From assembly GCA_052170415.1 (NCBI GenBank), contig JBQNAO010000003.1, forward strand, positions 43,400-107,399: a stretch of 64,000 nt of DNA, given 5' to 3'. Below, piece after piece: positions 62,974 through 64,000 of this stretch; the stretch's first letter is position 1; every line of letters begins with the position of its first letter. The notes under the pieces are model-generated. The model did no database searches and had not been told where the DNA came from. It worked only from the letters and a program-made list of their open reading frames with translations. The translations under genes and the position numbers were made by a program. Source of the DNA: Ottowia sp. Lineage in GTDB: Bacteria; Pseudomonadota; Gammaproteobacteria; Burkholderiales; Burkholderiaceae_C.

Positions 62974-63192
62974 TCAGGGCCGGGCCGGGTAGTCGGTGTA
63001 GCCCTGGTCTGCGCCGCCGAACATGGTGGCGCGGTCGGGCGCGTTCAGCGGTGCGTCGAGGGCGAAGCGCCGGGGCAAATCGGGGTTGGCCAGGAAGGCG
63101 CTGCCGTAGGCGATGAGTTGCGCGCGGCCCTTTTGCAACTCGGCCTCGCCGCTGGCGCGCCCGTAGCCCGTGCCGGCGACCAGGGGCTTGCA
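62974..63192 (-). pseudogene. 3' fragment of an Old Yellow Enzyme-family NADH:flavin oxidoreductase (alkene reductase)
   Basis: Only the last ~72 codons remain: ...KPLVAGTGYGRASGEAELQKGRAQLIAYGSAFLANPDLPRRFALDAPLNAPDRATMFGGADQGYTDYP. The roughly 290 upstream codons are absent, and the LysR start abuts the break. Confidence 0.7.
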
Positions 63193-63196
63193 AAAG

Positions 63197-64000
63197 ATGG
63201 AACTGCTGGACGACATGGCGCTGTTTGTGGCAGTGGTGCGCGCCGGGGGCTTTGGCAAGGCGGCGGCGCGGCTGGGGCTGCTTTTGCTTCACCGCAGCAC
63301 GCGGCGCGTGGAAATGACCGAGGCCGGGCGGCTGTATTACGAGCGCGCCTGGCGCATCGTGCAAGAGGCGCGCCTGGCGCATGAGGAGCTGGGGCAAATG
63401 CGGGCGCAGCCGGCCGGCGTGCTGCGCGTGGCCGCGCCCGTGGACTTGGCGCAAACGGCGCTGGCGCCGCTGCTGCCCGGCTTCATGCAGCGGCACCCGC
63501 ACATTGAGCTGCACTTGCACCTGTCGGCGCGCCGGGTCGATCGGGCCGGCGAGGGCTTTGACGTGGCCCTGCGCATGGGCCAATTGCCCGATTCCCCCCT
63601 GGTGGCCCGCCTGCTGGCGCGCTTGGGCGGCGGGCTGTATGCCGCGCCGCACTACCTGGCCGCGCACGGGCAGCCGCGCACGCCGCAAGAGCTGGCGCAG
63701 CACGAATGCCTGCTGTTTCAAACCGCCGCCGCTGCCGAAGCGGGCCGCTGGGCGCTGCACCGGGGCGCGCAGCAGGCGCTGGTGGCCGTGCGCGGCCGGG
63801 TGACGGGCGACAACATCGGCCTGATCGTGCGCCTGGCCGCAGCGGGCCTGGGCGTGGCGGCCCTGCCCGACTTGCTGGCGCAGCCCGAAGTGGCCACGGG
63901 CCGATTGCAAAAAGTGCTGCCCCAGTGGCAAACGCCCGAGCAGCCGCTGCACGCGCTCACCGCCACGCGCCTGCTGCCGGCCAAAACGCGGGCGTGGCTG
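63197..64000 (+). CDS. LysR-family regulator, runs off the window end; ~20 aa in-frame deletion in the wHTH (possible pseudogene)
   Basis: Hand-translated from the ATG at 63197: MELLDDMALFVAVVRAGGFGKAAARLG-LLLLHRSTRRVEMTEAGRLYYERAWRIV... The substrate-binding domain continues open to 64000. It is not in the ORF track because no stop occurs in the window. Confidence 0.7.
   Translation, partial: MELLDDMALFVAVVRAGGFGKAAARLGLLLLHRSTRRVEMTEAGRLYYERAWRIVQEARLAHEELGQMRAQPAGVLRVAAPVDLAQTALAPLLPGFMQRHPHIELHLHLSARRVDRAGEGFDVALRMGQLPDSPLVARLLARLGGGLYAAPHYLAAHGQPRTPQELAQHECLLFQTAAAAEAGRWALHRGAQQALVAVRGRVTGDNIGLIVRLAAAGLGVAALPDLLAQPEVATGRLQKVLPQWQTPEQPLHALTATRLLPAKTRAWL

Overview
High-G+C proteobacterial chromosomal segment. 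Gene content looks betaproteobacterial or Burkholderiales-like, but that is inference only. It is densely coding: about 60 genes, and most ORF-track entries are antisense or out-of-frame artefacts of the G+C bias. The left quarter (128..16873) is one surface-biogenesis neighbourhood. It holds a complete type II secretion operon in the Xanthomonas xps gene order (gspE-F-G-H-I-J-K-L-M-N/C-D). The GspE has MshEN-type c-di-GMP motifs and the secretin is probably lipidated. A lipoprotein follows, then a compositionally atypical 513-aa secreted protein with its own candidate promoter and a strong terminator, then a Wzm/Wzt-type ABC-2 polysaccharide exporter and a possible acyltransferase. The rest is mostly housekeeping: grxD, hns, apaH, alr, argG, rhtA, sbcB, proC, cysE, apbC, metG, gltIJKL, trmJ, a TrpB2-like enzyme, a pirin/LysR pair, a MacB-type ABC/FtsX/HlyD exporter and BrnT/BrnA. 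Several features stand out. (1) A tRNA-Leu(UAA) gene is split between U34 and A35 by a 293-nt group I intron. (2) An ~80-105 bp intergenic repeat occurs 14 times, and 9 copies start with a perfect DnaA box TTATCCACA. (3) An AT-rich islet encoding a PD-(D/E)XK (HsdR_N-like) protein sits next to the tRNA 3' end. (4) A G11 tract lies in the spacer of a candidate promoter for a lipoprotein. (5) An 11-bp phased A-tract array lies between two terminators. (6) There are several decay scars: a frameshifted IPTL/PEP-CTERM-like surface protein, a hemL remnant, an OYE reductase fragment, and a LysR regulator lacking its recognition helix. No rRNA, CRISPR array, transposase or integrase was seen. All coordinates and motifs come from reading the sequence. 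Family assignments are from memory of conserved motifs, and no searches were run.
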